Source: Nitrospirota bacterium
GTDB lineage: Bacteria > Nitrospirota > UBA9217
Direction: 5' to 3'
DNA length: 55,543 bases
Assembly: GCA_029858565.1 (NCBI GenBank)
Contig: JAOUEV010000017.1
Location: 1 to 55,543 of the forward strand
Shown here: in pieces, positions 23,191 to 33,827 of the stretch
Numbering within the stretch: position 1 is the first letter of the stretch
How the letters are laid out: each line of letters begins with the position of its first letter
Program-made: the position numbers and the translations under genes
The notes under the pieces: generated by a model
What the model was told of the DNA's origin: nothing
What the model saw: the letters and a program-made list of their open reading frames with translations, nothing else
Databases searched by the model: none

Positions 23191-24474
23191 TCATTTCAGC
23201 GCTCCCAAGCACACGAGCGTCATATCGTCATGTTGCGGGCTCAATCCCGTGAACCGGTTCACTTCGTCGATGATCGCCTTCTTGAGGACCGAGGGATCGG
23301 CCGGGCTGGAAGCGATGAGCGCCTCGAACCGTTCATATCCGTACAGTTCTTCCCTGGCGTTCATGGCCTCGACGATGCCATCGGTATAGAGGACCACGGT
23401 CTCGCCCGGAGCGAGCGTCACCGACTCCTGCGTGAATTTCATTCCGTTCAGCATTCCCAGGGGAGCACCCCCGGCTCCGGCAAGACGCGCGACCGAGCCG
23501 TCGGCCTTCTTGATGATCGGCGGCAGATGGCCGGCGTTGGCCATGACCAGCGTGCGGCTGTTCGCGTCCAGTTCCAGGTAGAGCAGCGTGGCGAACATGC
23601 CCCGCCGGCTCCGGGCCGCCAGAAGATCGTTCAGCCTCGCGAGCGCCGCGGCCGGTACCTTCTCGGTAAAGGCCAGCGTGCGCATGTCGCTTCCCAGCTT
23701 TGCCATGTACAGGGCGGCAGGAACGCCTTTGCCGGACACATCGCCGATCACGATCCCGGTACGGTCCACGTCCAGGCTGATGAAATCGTAAAAATCGCCG
23801 CCTACCTCCAGCGCCGGCGTGTAGTGAGCGCTGAAACTGAAGTTCCGTACCTCGGGCGCCTGCTGGGGCAGAAAGCTTTCCTGCACGGTCCGGGCGAACT
23901 CCATGTCCTTCACGAGCCGCTGTTTCTCCATCAGCGACTGGTGCATTCTGGCATTCTCGAGCGCGATGGCGGCCATGCTGGAAAGGGCCTGGAAGAGCTC
24001 CAGATCATCGGTATCAAAAGGTTTTCCATCGAGACGGTTGATCACCTGGGCAACACCGGTGATGCGGTCTCCCACCTTGAGCGGCACCGTGATCATCGAT
24101 TTGGTGCGGTAGCCCGTCTTTTCATCATTACCGCGAAAGAACTTGGGATGGTCATAGGCATCCTCGAGCAGGAGCGGCTTTCCCTCCTCGGCCACGGTCC
24201 CCGCGATGCCCTGCCCCATCTTGAGCCGCACTTCCTTCTTTAATTTTTCACCGACAGAGCCTTGCGCCACCTGGTAGATAAGCTCGTTCGTTTGCGGATC
24301 AATACGCATGAGGCTGGACGCGTCAGCGTTCATCACCTTCTTCGATATGGTCATCACGTTTTCGAGAATGGTGTCCACATCGAGGGATGAGCTGATCACT
24401 TCATTCACATCGACAAGCGAGGAAAGGCGCTTGATCTTGCTCTTTAACCGTGCGATTTCATTCTTCTTTTCCAT
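23191..24474 (-). CDS. GAF + SpoIIE/RsbU PP2C phosphatase
   Basis: GAF domain, VGGDFYD, GDVSGKG, NAGH, YTDG, DDMT. Confidence 0.92.
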   Translation of the reverse strand: MEKKNEIARLKSKIKRLSSLVDVNEVISSSLDVDTILENVMTISKKVMNADASSLMRIDPQTNELIYQVAQGSVGEKLKKEVRLKMGQGIAGTVAEEGKPLLLEDAYDHPKFFRGNDEKTGYRTKSMITVPLKVGDRITGVAQVINRLDGKPFDTDDLELFQALSSMAAIALENARMHQSLMEKQRLVKDMEFARTVQESFLPQQAPEVRNFSFSAHYTPALEVGGDFYDFISLDVDRTGIVIGDVSGKGVPAALYMAKLGSDMRTLAFTEKVPAAALARLNDLLAARSRRGMFATLLYLELDANSRTLVMANAGHLPPIIKKADGSVARLAGAGGAPLGMLNGMKFTQESVTLAPGETVVLYTDGIVEAMNAREELYGYERFEALIASSPADPSVLKKAIIDEVNRFTGLSPQHDDMTLVCLGALK

Positions 24475-24625
24475 GGCCATACATTAGCACAGCAGGTTAT
24501 GAACGGCAAGAAAATTCAGGGCTAGAGGGCTAAAGGTCTAAGTGGTAAGTTGGATTTCTATCCCTGCTTCACCTAGCCCTCTAATCCTGCCTCTCCTACC
24601 CCCGATTCTTCTATCCCTGCCTCTC

Positions 24626-25861
24626 CTAGCCCTTCTTTATCCTTCTTATCCTTTCCACCACCGGCGGATGGGAATAGTAAAAAGCAGCATACAGCGGATG
24701 AGGATGGAGGTTCGACAGGTTCTCTTTTGAGAGTTTGACCAGGGCTGAGGCCATGGCCTCGGCGGTTCCGGTCAGTTCAACGGCAAAACGGTCCGATGCA
24801 TGCTCGTCCCTGCGGGAAAGCCAGCTGAAAAGCGGCGTCACGGGGAACAGGATAATGGACAACAGGAATCCGAGCACCAGCACTTTTGCATAGAACGATA
24901 ACCCGCCGGATATCCCCAGAAGGCCCGGCAACAGGTCTCCCTGGACCAGGTAATAGGCCATGAACAACCCGGCAAAGGCCATGACCTCGGTCATGACAAT
25001 GCGCTTGAGCACATGCTTCTTCTTCCAATGCCCTACCTCATGGGCCAGTACCGCGAGGACTTCCTCCTGGCTCATCTGCTGCAGCAGCGTATCGAACAGG
25101 ACGATCCTCTTTACCTTGCCGATTCCGGTGAAGTAGGCGTTCGAGTGCCTGCTCCTGCGCGATGCATCCACCTGGAATACCCGGCTCACCTTGAGGCCGG
25201 CCTTTTCCATGAGCATCTTGATGCGTTCCTCCAGCCCTTCCACCGTGAGCGGCTCGAACTTGAAGAACAGCGGTTCGATCAGCACCGGAGAGATATACAT
25301 CATGAAAACGCTGAAGCACAGGAAGAACAGCCAGACCCAGAACCACCACAGTCCGGGGCTCCACAACACGATCGACAATGCTCCGAGAACCGTGACCGTT
25401 CCGAGCACTGCGCCGATTGCCAAACCCTTCAGGAGGTCGGTGAACCAGAGCGTGAGGGTCATCGTATTGAACCCGTACTTGTTCTCGATGCGGAAATTGC
25501 GGTACAGGCTGAACGGGATGCCGAGTGCCGTCTCAACAACGGTCAGCAGGAGCGCGAACAGCACTCCTTTCCAGAGGAAAGAGTCCGTCAGGGTTGCGAT
25601 CCACCGGTCATACGCTGTAAGAAGGCCGCCGAACAGGAACAGCAGAAGCACAATAGTATCGAAGATAGACTCGATGAATCCGAATCGGCTGTTCTCGACC
25701 GTGTAATCCGATATCTTTCCGAGCAATTGCGGATCTATGACGCTTTCGAACTCCGGCGGCACCGCATGACCGTGGATCTTCAAGTGCGAAAGGTTCAGGT
25801 ACTTGAGCCAGTAACCGAAAGCTACGATGAAGAGATAGGCAAGAAGAATAATCGTGGTCAT
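24626..25861 (-). CDS. M48 family (Ste24-like) membrane metallopeptidase
   Basis: DASRRSRHSNAYFTG, AHEVGH, YSHPP..ERI. Confidence 0.93.
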   Translation of the reverse strand: MTTIILLAYLFIVAFGYWLKYLNLSHLKIHGHAVPPEFESVIDPQLLGKISDYTVENSRFGFIESIFDTIVLLLFLFGGLLTAYDRWIATLTDSFLWKGVLFALLLTVVETALGIPFSLYRNFRIENKYGFNTMTLTLWFTDLLKGLAIGAVLGTVTVLGALSIVLWSPGLWWFWVWLFFLCFSVFMMYISPVLIEPLFFKFEPLTVEGLEERIKMLMEKAGLKVSRVFQVDASRRSRHSNAYFTGIGKVKRIVLFDTLLQQMSQEEVLAVLAHEVGHWKKKHVLKRIVMTEVMAFAGLFMAYYLVQGDLLPGLLGISGGLSFYAKVLVLGFLLSIILFPVTPLFSWLSRRDEHASDRFAVELTGTAEAMASALVKLSKENLSNLHPHPLYAAFYYSHPPVVERIRRIKKG

Positions 25862-25890
25862 AAGTTCCCTTTACAGCGGCATTTTTTTAA

Positions 25891-26379
25891 TCAAGCGCCG
25901 CAGCACTTCTTGAACTTCTTGCCGCTGCCGCAGGGACAGGGATCGTTCCGACCTGCCTTCGGTCCCTCGCGCTTCACCGGCGGAGCGCCCATCGGTTTGC
26001 CCTCGGTAAAGTACCAGGCTCCGTCGATCTTTTCAAAATTCGACCGTTCCCGATGCTCCTGCGCAACACCGTTCTCCATGAATTTCACGATGAATTCCAC
26101 CTGTCCCTTTGTGTCGGACGGACCTCCGGCGACGGTGTTCACAATGGCAATGCCCTGCCATTCCGCCCGCTCGGCCCAGGACCGGGTGGTGGCCTCGTTG
26201 AAATCAGCCCGGTTGGCCGGATGCAATGATGCACGAAGCCAGGGAATCTCCTTCATGACATAGGCGCTGTACCGGGATCGCATGAGCTCTTGAGCAGTCT
26301 CGGCGCGCCGTTGACCGGCGATCACGGGACCGCAGCAATCCTGGTAGGTGCGGGTCGAACCACAGGGGCAGTTACTCAT
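25891..26379 (-). CDS. ychJ: YchJ family protein with SEC-C motifs
   Basis: [34 protein letters not shown]. Confidence 0.9.
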   Translation of the reverse strand: MSNCPCGSTRTYQDCCGPVIAGQRRAETAQELMRSRYSAYVMKEIPWLRASLHPANRADFNEATTRSWAERAEWQGIAIVNTVAGGPSDTKGQVEFIVKFMENGVAQEHRERSNFEKIDGAWYFTEGKPMGAPPVKREGPKAGRNDPCPCGSGKKFKKCCGA

Positions 26380-26429
26380 GGGAGCTCCTTCTGTATTTGA
26401 TCTGTATCCGGACAGATGCGCGCGGATAT

Positions 26430-27260
26430 TTAACTGTACTCATCGTGCTCCTCGCCACAGACCAGATGAATGATCTCCCAGGCGGTTTCTTCGATCGATT
26501 TGTTCGTTGTATCCACAACCTTCCAGGTCCTGTGCTTCCGCACCAGTTCCCAGACAGACTCGACCTCTTCAAAAACGTTCCTCAGGTCGCTGTAGCTCGG
26601 CTTGAGACCCGAGTTCTTCTGCCTGACCTTCCGTATCTTCTGCAGCACTTCAGGTTCTATCTGCAGGCAGACGATCTTGCCCTGATCGATCTCCTGAAGC
26701 TCCTCGGGCAGCGCGATTCCGGGAACGATCGGCACATTCGCGACCTTGTACCCCTCCTGGGCAAGGTAGAAGGAAGTCGGCGTCTTCGAGGTACGTGAAA
26801 GTCCCACGAGCACGATGTCCGCTTCTTTTAACCGCTCCGCTCCCCTGCCGTCGTCATGGCCGATGGTGTACTCGATCGCGTCGATCCGCCTGAAGTAACG
26901 TTCATCGACCTTCCTGAGCAGGCTGGGCGTTTCCAGCGGTTCCATGTGGAGATAGGCGGACAGATTGAAGATCAGCGGTCCCAGGATGTCATGGCTCAGG
27001 ATCTCGTGTTTACGGCAGTATTCGCTGGCAAAATCGCGCATCTCTTTTTTCACAAAGGTGAAGGCGATCAAGGCCTTGTCGGTCCGCGCCTGGTCCAGAG
27101 CCTTCTTAAGACTGGCCTTGGTGTCGATGTCGTGAAACATGGTCATTTTCAGCCGGGTCTGTTCGAACTGGACAATCGCAGCCCGCAGGATATGCAGGCC
27201 GCTCTGGCCGGTTGCATCGGACAGGATGTAGATCTTTTTTGATAACATTTTCTTTCCCAT
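26430..27260 (-). CDS. Pyruvate/PEP dikinase regulatory kinase-pyrophosphorylase (DUF299)
   Basis: [15 protein letters not shown]...[27 protein letters not shown]. Confidence 0.92.
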   Translation of the reverse strand: MGKKMLSKKIYILSDATGQSGLHILRAAIVQFEQTRLKMTMFHDIDTKASLKKALDQARTDKALIAFTFVKKEMRDFASEYCRKHEILSHDILGPLIFNLSAYLHMEPLETPSLLRKVDERYFRRIDAIEYTIGHDDGRGAERLKEADIVLVGLSRTSKTPTSFYLAQEGYKVANVPIVPGIALPEELQEIDQGKIVCLQIEPEVLQKIRKVRQKNSGLKPSYSDLRNVFEEVESVWELVRKHRTWKVVDTTNKSIEETAWEIIHLVCGEEHDEYS

Positions 27261-27570
27261 GGTCTTTCTCCTGGCAAGGTCATGCCTCCACAGCATGACG
27301 CGGTGCCCTCATACTGCCACAGTATCCGTCTCCTATCAAGACATAATGTTCTTGCTGCATCCAGCAGCGAGCGTTAATTCCGGACCGTGCAAACAGCACG
27401 CACTTCAACTCAAAATGAAGAATGTACCGGTTTTCCCGACGCATCTGGTCGGATTATATTCCGGAGCAATTCACCCACATTCCGACTGGCGGCAATAAAT
27501 TGCATTTTTAATCGTTGACGAAGCCGCGATACCATATATATACTTTTAGCTATTATCGGAGGTTATATAC

Positions 27571-28113
27571 ATGTCGGTCAAATACGCCATGCTCGGTATC
27601 CTTGCAAAAAAGGACCTTCACGGTTATGAACTCAAAAGCAGATTCGACGAGAAGGTCGGCGAATTCTGGAGTCTGAACTACGGACAGATCTATACTACCC
27701 TCGACCGGCTTGAGAAAGAAGACCTCGTCACCCACGACCGGCAGACCCAGGACAGGCGGCCGGACCGGAAGATCTACAGTATCACGCGCAAGGGCAGGAA
27801 AGAGCTCGACGAGTGGCTGACAGCGCCGGTCAATCGCGTCCGAGCGCTCAGGGATGAGTTCTTTGTGAAACTTGTGTTCATGGACAAGGACGATCCCGCC
27901 CCGGTCCTTGACCTGATCGAAAAACAGAAAGCCCTTTATCTCAGGCAAATGAACCGGCTTACCCATCAGAAAGTGGACCTCAAAAAGAAGCCAAACAACC
28001 GTGACGCGCTGATCACGGAGCTTCTTATGGACGCCGGATTGTTCCATGCAGAAGCGGACATCAAGTGGCTGAACCTGTGTGAGGCGAAGATAAAAGCGAA
28101 GTCAAAGAAGTGA
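27571..28113 (+). CDS. PadR family transcriptional regulator
   Basis: LHGYELK, GQIYTTLDRLE, RKIYSITRKG. Confidence 0.92.
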   Translation: MSVKYAMLGILAKKDLHGYELKSRFDEKVGEFWSLNYGQIYTTLDRLEKEDLVTHDRQTQDRRPDRKIYSITRKGRKELDEWLTAPVNRVRALRDEFFVKLVFMDKDDPAPVLDLIEKQKALYLRQMNRLTHQKVDLKKKPNNRDALITELLMDAGLFHAEADIKWLNLCEAKIKAKSKK

Positions 28114-28231
28114 TCCTTTGGCCATAAAAAAAGACACGTGATGCACCAGGGAAAGCTACGGCTCATTATTGAGATATACCGCAGGTGATTTCTGTGAATT
28201 TTGTGGCTAACTATAGTTTTAGGAGATGATC

Positions 28232-28921
28232 ATGATCCAGCTAAAGAACGCAAGCAAGTCCTATATGCAAGGCGCGCGCGAGGTCCATGCCTTGCGGAAC
28301 GTTTCTCTCAATATCGGGAAAGGCGAATTCCTGTCCGTTATGGGAGCCAGTGGATCGGGCAAAAGCACCCTCCTGAACCTGATCGGGGGACTCGATCAGC
28401 CGAGCGGCGGCGAAATATTCATGGACGGCAAACCGCTGCATGGCATCTCGGACGATGAACTCACGCTCATCCGCAGACGGCGCGTTGGTTTTATTTTCCA
28501 GTTTTTCAACCTGCTGCCGGTCCTGACCGCGGCTGAGAATGTCAGCCTTCCCCTGCTGCTCGAAGGCACCCCTTTCTCGCAAATACAACCGAAGGCCGTC
28601 GATCTGCTGAAAAAGATGGGGCTGGAAGAACGGGTCGATCACCGGCCCGAGCAGCTCTCGGGCGGCGAAATGCAGCGCGTGGCCATTGCCCGTGCCCTCG
28701 TGACAAATCCCGCGGTGCTCCTGGCTGATGAGCCCACGGGCAACCTCGATTCCCACACCAGCGAGGAAATCTTCATGCTTCTTAAATCGCTTCATGAACA
28801 GGGCCAGACCATCGTGATGGTGACCCATGATCCCCGCGCTGCCGCCTACGGCTCCCGCATCGTCACCCTGAAGGACGGCGCCATCTCCGAAGATATCACC
28901 ACCGGAGGACTTGAGGCATGA
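28232..28921 (+). CDS. ABC transporter ATP-binding protein (LolD/MacB-like)
   Basis: [41 protein letters not shown]. Confidence 0.93.
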   Translation: MIQLKNASKSYMQGAREVHALRNVSLNIGKGEFLSVMGASGSGKSTLLNLIGGLDQPSGGEIFMDGKPLHGISDDELTLIRRRRVGFIFQFFNLLPVLTAAENVSLPLLLEGTPFSQIQPKAVDLLKKMGLEERVDHRPEQLSGGEMQRVAIARALVTNPAVLLADEPTGNLDSHTSEEIFMLLKSLHEQGQTIVMVTHDPRAAAYGSRIVTLKDGAISEDITTGGLEA

Positions 28922-31509
28922 ACATTCTGCAGCTCCTCCGCCATATCAGCGTGAAGCACCTCAGACACCAGAAGGCACGCTCCCTCATGGCCTTGATCGG
29001 CATCGCGCTCGGCGTGGCCGCCATGGTCTCGATCGATATCGTGAACATGAGCGTGCTCCGCTCCTTCGAGGACAACATCAACCGCATTACCGGTCGCGCG
29101 GTGCTGCAGGTCACCGACGCGGAATCGGGATTTCCCGAGGCCATGCTCGATGTAGTGCAGAAGGTCCCGGGTGTGGAGTACGCGGTCCCGGTGATCGAGA
29201 CGAACGGCTGCCTTGCCTGGGGCGACGAGCGCGCCTTCGCGGTCCTGGGCGTGGACGTGCTGCAGGACGGCAATATCCGCGACTACAGCATCACCGACGA
29301 GAGCTCGGACATCCCCGATCCCCTGCTGTTCCTGGCCCGGCCGGACTCTATCCTGCTGACCCGGGAAATGGCCGCACGCGAGCACATCGCGATCGACCAG
29401 CAGATCAAGGTCCAGACCGTGCAGGGCACCAGGACCTTCACGGTGCGCGGACTGCTCGAACCCGACGGACCTGCCAAGGCGCTCGGCGGGGACATCGCGG
29501 TCATGGACCTTTATGCGGCACAGCTGGCATTCGGCAAGGAAGGCAGGATCGACCGCATCGATGTCAGCATCCTCCGCGGAGAGTCCCTCGACACGATGAA
29601 GGAGCGCATCCAGGCCGCCCTGCCCGAAGGGTATAATATCGACACGCCTGCAGGCAGGTCGCGCCAGATGGAGAACCTGATGGGCCGTTTCAGGAAGAGC
29701 ATGGACATGATCGGCTATCTCGCGCTCTTCGTGGGCATGTACCTTATCTATAACACCGTCGCCATCTCCGTGGTCCAGCGCGGCAGGGAGATCGGCATCC
29801 TGCGCGCCCTCGGCGCCACACGGCGGCAGGTCAGCGGACTGTTCCTCGGGGAGACCGTCGTCCTGTCGCTTGCCGCATCGCTTCTCGGCATCGGTCTCGG
29901 CATCATCCTTGCCAAGATCTCGATCACCGCGGTAGCCAGGACCGTCTCATCCATGTACGGCCGTTCATCGATCACGGACCTGACCATCATTCCCCTGCAT
30001 CTGGCGAAGGACATCGCCATCGGAGTAGCCGCCAGCGTCATTGCGGCGTTTTTCCCCTCCCGGTCGAGTTCGCGCATATCTCCCATCTCGGCGATCCGTT
30101 CGACGCCCTATTCGTCGGACGCCCTCCGGCGCCACCGCGGCCTGACAATCGCGTCTCTTGCGTTCATCGGCATAGCCGGCGCGATCCTGCTCGTGTACAA
30201 GACCGCGGCGCATGCCTCTCCCCTGAGGAGTTCGTCCATGACCATCGCGGCCATGCTCTCGCTCTTGCTCGGCATCTCGCTCTCCACGCCCCTGTTCCTG
30301 CGCCGGTTCATCAGCATGTTCCACCGGCTGTTCGCCGGAAGGCTCGGCGCAGGAGGCAGGCTCGCGGGCCTGAACCTGGAAAAGAACCTGACCAGGAACG
30401 CCGTTGCCGTGGCAGCGGTCTTCTTCAGCATCTCCCTGTCCGTGAGTTCGTCAAGCCTGCTCTTCAGCGTTCAGAAAGGGCTCATGGACTATATCGACGA
30501 TGTGGAGCGAAGCGACGTTCTGATCACCTCGGGCCATCCATTGGCCTCGGCAGGCGCCCAGACCATCCCCATGCCGCTCGAGATGGCGCTGGAAATAGAG
30601 GCCATCCCCGGCGTGGATGCGGCCGACCCTTTCCGCAAGCTCTTCATCACGATCTCGGGTAGACGCGTACTGCTGGAAGCGATCGATATCCCCCGGTGGC
30701 TGAAGCGCAACACCGTCAAGGTCGTGAAAGGCATGCAAGGCGATGTGGGCACGATGATGCCCGGCAAGGACGTGATTTCCGTGAGCGAATCCGTGGCCAG
30801 CCGCTACGGTTTGAAACCCGGGGACCATTTCACCCTTCCGACACCCCAGGGCCCGGTGCGGTTCCTCGTGATCTCGGTGGTCGTCAGCTTCGCCTCCGAT
30901 TCCGGCGTGATCTTCATCGATTACCAGACCTTTCGCCGCATCTGGCAGGACCACAATGCAGACATGTTCTCGGTCTACGTAAGGCCGGGCAATGATGTCA
31001 TAGACGTGCGCGACGCCATCCGGGAGCTGTACAAGGACAAGCGCAAGATGTTCGTTCTCGATTCCCGGGAGTTCCGTGCCGAGATCAAGAAGCTTCTGGA
31101 CCAGTCCTTTGAGATGAACAACGCCGTGAACCTGCTCACCCTGGCCATCGCCGGCTTCGGGATCATCATCACGCTTCTGGCATCGGTCTTCGAACGCACC
31201 CGGGAGATCGGCATCCTGCGCTCCATCGGAATGAAACGAGGCCAGGTCTCCGGCCTGGTGCTGATCGAATCAGCCCTCCTGGGATTGGCCGGCGGGCTCC
31301 TGGGGACCTTTGCAGGCGTCCTGACCGGCTGGATCAACCTCGAAGGGTTCTTCCGTCTCGATTTCGGCGACAGCATCTCCTACCAGGTTCATTACCTGTC
31401 GATCTGCTGGGCGCTGCTGCTCGCCGTCGGGCTCGCGGTCCTGGCGGGTCTGTATCCCGCGCGCCGCGCCGCAAAGACCAATATCACGGAGGCCTTAAGC
31501 TATGAATAG
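28918..31509 (+). CDS. FtsX/MacB-like ABC permease (duplicated domains)
   Basis: Two REIGILR motifs, periplasmic domains, LYPARRAA ending. Confidence 0.9.
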   Translation: MNILQLLRHISVKHLRHQKARSLMALIGIALGVAAMVSIDIVNMSVLRSFEDNINRITGRAVLQVTDAESGFPEAMLDVVQKVPGVEYAVPVIETNGCLAWGDERAFAVLGVDVLQDGNIRDYSITDESSDIPDPLLFLARPDSILLTREMAAREHIAIDQQIKVQTVQGTRTFTVRGLLEPDGPAKALGGDIAVMDLYAAQLAFGKEGRIDRIDVSILRGESLDTMKERIQAALPEGYNIDTPAGRSRQMENLMGRFRKSMDMIGYLALFVGMYLIYNTVAISVVQRGREIGILRALGATRRQVSGLFLGETVVLSLAASLLGIGLGIILAKISITAVARTVSSMYGRSSITDLTIIPLHLAKDIAIGVAASVIAAFFPSRSSSRISPISAIRSTPYSSDALRRHRGLTIASLAFIGIAGAILLVYKTAAHASPLRSSSMTIAAMLSLLLGISLSTPLFLRRFISMFHRLFAGRLGAGGRLAGLNLEKNLTRNAVAVAAVFFSISLSVSSSSLLFSVQKGLMDYIDDVERSDVLITSGHPLASAGAQTIPMPLEMALEIEAIPGVDAADPFRKLFITISGRRVLLEAIDIPRWLKRNTVKVVKGMQGDVGTMMPGKDVISVSESVASRYGLKPGDHFTLPTPQGPVRFLVISVVVSFASDSGVIFIDYQTFRRIWQDHNADMFSVYVRPGNDVIDVRDAIRELYKDKRKMFVLDSREFRAEIKKLLDQSFEMNNAVNLLTLAIAGFGIIITLLASVFERTREIGILRSIGMKRGQVSGLVLIESALLGLAGGLLGTFAGVLTGWINLEGFFRLDFGDSISYQVHYLSICWALLLAVGLAVLAGLYPARRAAKTNITEALSYE

Positions 31510-32368
31510 CTTACCAGTGCAAAGTGCGAAGTGCGGAATGCGGAATGGACGGCAACTGCGGAATGCACCACAGCCTCGCTCGACAAGCGCCGCCCTTGTC
31601 TTTCTCCGTGTCCTCTGTGTCTCCGTGGTCATATCCGTATTTTCTTCACCCGCTTTTGCCATAAGCGGGAGGGACATTTTCGAGAAGGTCCATGAGGTGA
31701 GCGTCAAAGGGCTCGACCACGAGATCTCCATGACCATGGTGCTCTTCGACAAGAACGGCGGCAAGCGTACCCGTACGCTCACGTCCTACAGCAAGAACGC
31801 CGCGCCTGAAGCCTACAAGGCGCTTGCGGTGTTCAAGACCCCGCCGGACCTGAAGAACGTCGGATTCCTGGTCCATGCCCGCACCTTTTCCAATCGGGAC
31901 CTCTGGGCCTACTTCCCTGAGTTCAAACGCGTGCGGCGCATCGCCAATACCTCACAGGACGATTCCTTTTTCGGTTCCGACCTTTCCTATGACGACTTCA
32001 CCGGCCCCGCGAACCTCGACGATTTCAAATTCTCCCTGGAGCGTGAAGAGGTCGTTGACGGCAAACCATGCTACGTCGTGGAAGTAACACCGAAGACCCG
32101 CCGAAAATACACCAGATATCTCGCCTGGGTGGCAAAGGACCTGTGGGTCCAGGTGAAGATCGAGTATTATCAGGACAGGGACATCTACCGTTCGGGGACG
32201 TTCAAGAATGTCAGGTTGATCAACGGGATCCCTACGCCGTTCCGCAGTGAGATGGAGAACCGTAAAACGAACCACCGCACCGAACTGACGATCGACAACA
32301 TCAGGTACAATACGCAGTTCAGCGACGATCTTTTCACCCAGCGGTCGCTGGAGCGGGCGGGGAAATGA
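31502..32368 (+). CDS. Outer membrane lipoprotein-sorting (LolA-like) protein
   Basis: F..PPDLKNVGFL, WAYFP..KRVRRI, FFGSDLSYDD, DDLFTQRSL. Confidence 0.8.
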   Translation: MNSLPVQSAKCGMRNGRQLRNAPQPRSTSAALVFLRVLCVSVVISVFSSPAFAISGRDIFEKVHEVSVKGLDHEISMTMVLFDKNGGKRTRTLTSYSKNAAPEAYKALAVFKTPPDLKNVGFLVHARTFSNRDLWAYFPEFKRVRRIANTSQDDSFFGSDLSYDDFTGPANLDDFKFSLEREEVVDGKPCYVVEVTPKTRRKYTRYLAWVAKDLWVQVKIEYYQDRDIYRSGTFKNVRLINGIPTPFRSEMENRKTNHRTELTIDNIRYNTQFSDDLFTQRSLERAGK

Positions 32369-33777
32369 TCCGATCAGGGACCGTGGATGACGGAACGAGG
32401 ATCATGAAGAGCTTCGCCTGCTATGTTTTCATGGTTCTATCCAGTATTGTCGCATGCGCACCGATAATCTATGCAGACGATCTTCTCTCCATGTCAGGAA
32501 GGCTTGATCTTCGCAGCGTACATGCCCTCCAGGATGATAGTGTGCCAGAACACCCTTCCCTGGATGGCAGGATCAAGGTCAGCGCAGAAGGCACCTCATG
32601 GAGATTCCACTCCTGGATCGAGGGCGGATGGGACGGGAGCGTCAAAGGTCCTGATCACGAGCATGGAAGGATCATGAACTTCGCTGACCTGTACCAGCGG
32701 TCCACACCGTATCTGGAGTTCAAGGAACTCTGCCTGTCCTATTCGACGCAGGCACTTGATCTACGGGCAGGGATCCAGCGTTTTGCCTGGGGCCGGATCG
32801 ATGAATATCCATCGAACGATCTCCTGAATCCCTGGGACTATACGCGCTTCCCCCGCAAGCCGCTTGAGGACAGGAAAATAGGAGTTCCTTCGCTTTCCGC
32901 CAGCATCAATAACGGGGACTGGACCGTGGAAACGGTCTGGGTCCCGGTTTTCGTGCCTTACCGCCTTCCCCTGCCTGATGAACGCTGGTCCGGGACCTCC
33001 ATTGCAGCAACTATGGCCCAGATCCCCAATGCCGAGATCACGGTCCAGGAACCTGATCTGCCTGACCGGACCTTCAAGAACAGTACGATCGGCATGCGCA
33101 TGAAATATCTCGGTACGATGGAATGGTCGTTCAACCTCTTTCATGGCTATGATCCCAAACCCGTGTTTAAAACCACATCCCTAGCGATCGTACCGATAGG
33201 TAGTTCGATCGTTATCGACCCCGGGTATGTTCCGGATTTCCATCGCATGGCCACCGCCGGCTTCGATGCCTCCTTCGTGACCGGCGGCTGGAGCCTGCGG
33301 GCGGAAGCATCCTACGCCTTTCACCGGTATGTGAATATCAGACATGAGCTTTGGGGATATCCAACAAATCCCGGTCCCGGAGTTTATCCGCTCGATCCGG
33401 CGGAAGAAATACATGACAGCATTGATTACGGGATAGGAGCGGATTACCGGCTGTTCGAGGACGGTCACCTGACCGTGCAGGGTCAGCAGACCATGACGCT
33501 GGGAAATGTAGATGATTTATATGAACGGAAGATCGAGTCGATACTGTGGGCGAACTTGAAAACGACCTTCATGAACCAGAAGATCGAAACAAATATGAGC
33601 GCCGCGTTCAATCCCGAGCACAATGATCGCATGATAAAGATCAACGGGTGGTATGTTGTTTCAGATGCGTGGAAGGCCGGGGCAACCTGGATAGCATTCA
33701 CAGGACCGGAACAGTCGTTTTTTGGAAGGTACGCAAGAAACGACCGGATAGAGGCTGAAGTTCGGTATTTCTGGTAA
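32365..33777 (+). CDS. Putative outer-membrane beta-barrel protein (DUF1302-like)
   Basis: Signal peptide, RAGIQRFAWG, FGRY..ND..EVRYFW C-terminus; follows the LolA-like gene. Confidence 0.65.
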   Translation: MIRSGTVDDGTRIMKSFACYVFMVLSSIVACAPIIYADDLLSMSGRLDLRSVHALQDDSVPEHPSLDGRIKVSAEGTSWRFHSWIEGGWDGSVKGPDHEHGRIMNFADLYQRSTPYLEFKELCLSYSTQALDLRAGIQRFAWGRIDEYPSNDLLNPWDYTRFPRKPLEDRKIGVPSLSASINNGDWTVETVWVPVFVPYRLPLPDERWSGTSIAATMAQIPNAEITVQEPDLPDRTFKNSTIGMRMKYLGTMEWSFNLFHGYDPKPVFKTTSLAIVPIGSSIVIDPGYVPDFHRMATAGFDASFVTGGWSLRAEASYAFHRYVNIRHELWGYPTNPGPGVYPLDPAEEIHDSIDYGIGADYRLFEDGHLTVQGQQTMTLGNVDDLYERKIESILWANLKTTFMNQKIETNMSAAFNPEHNDRMIKINGWYVVSDAWKAGATWIAFTGPEQSFFGRYARNDRIEAEVRYFW

Positions 33778-33827
33778 AGCGTAGCCAGAGATATTAGGCC
33801 ACTTTTGATCTGAAGTGATAATTCCTT

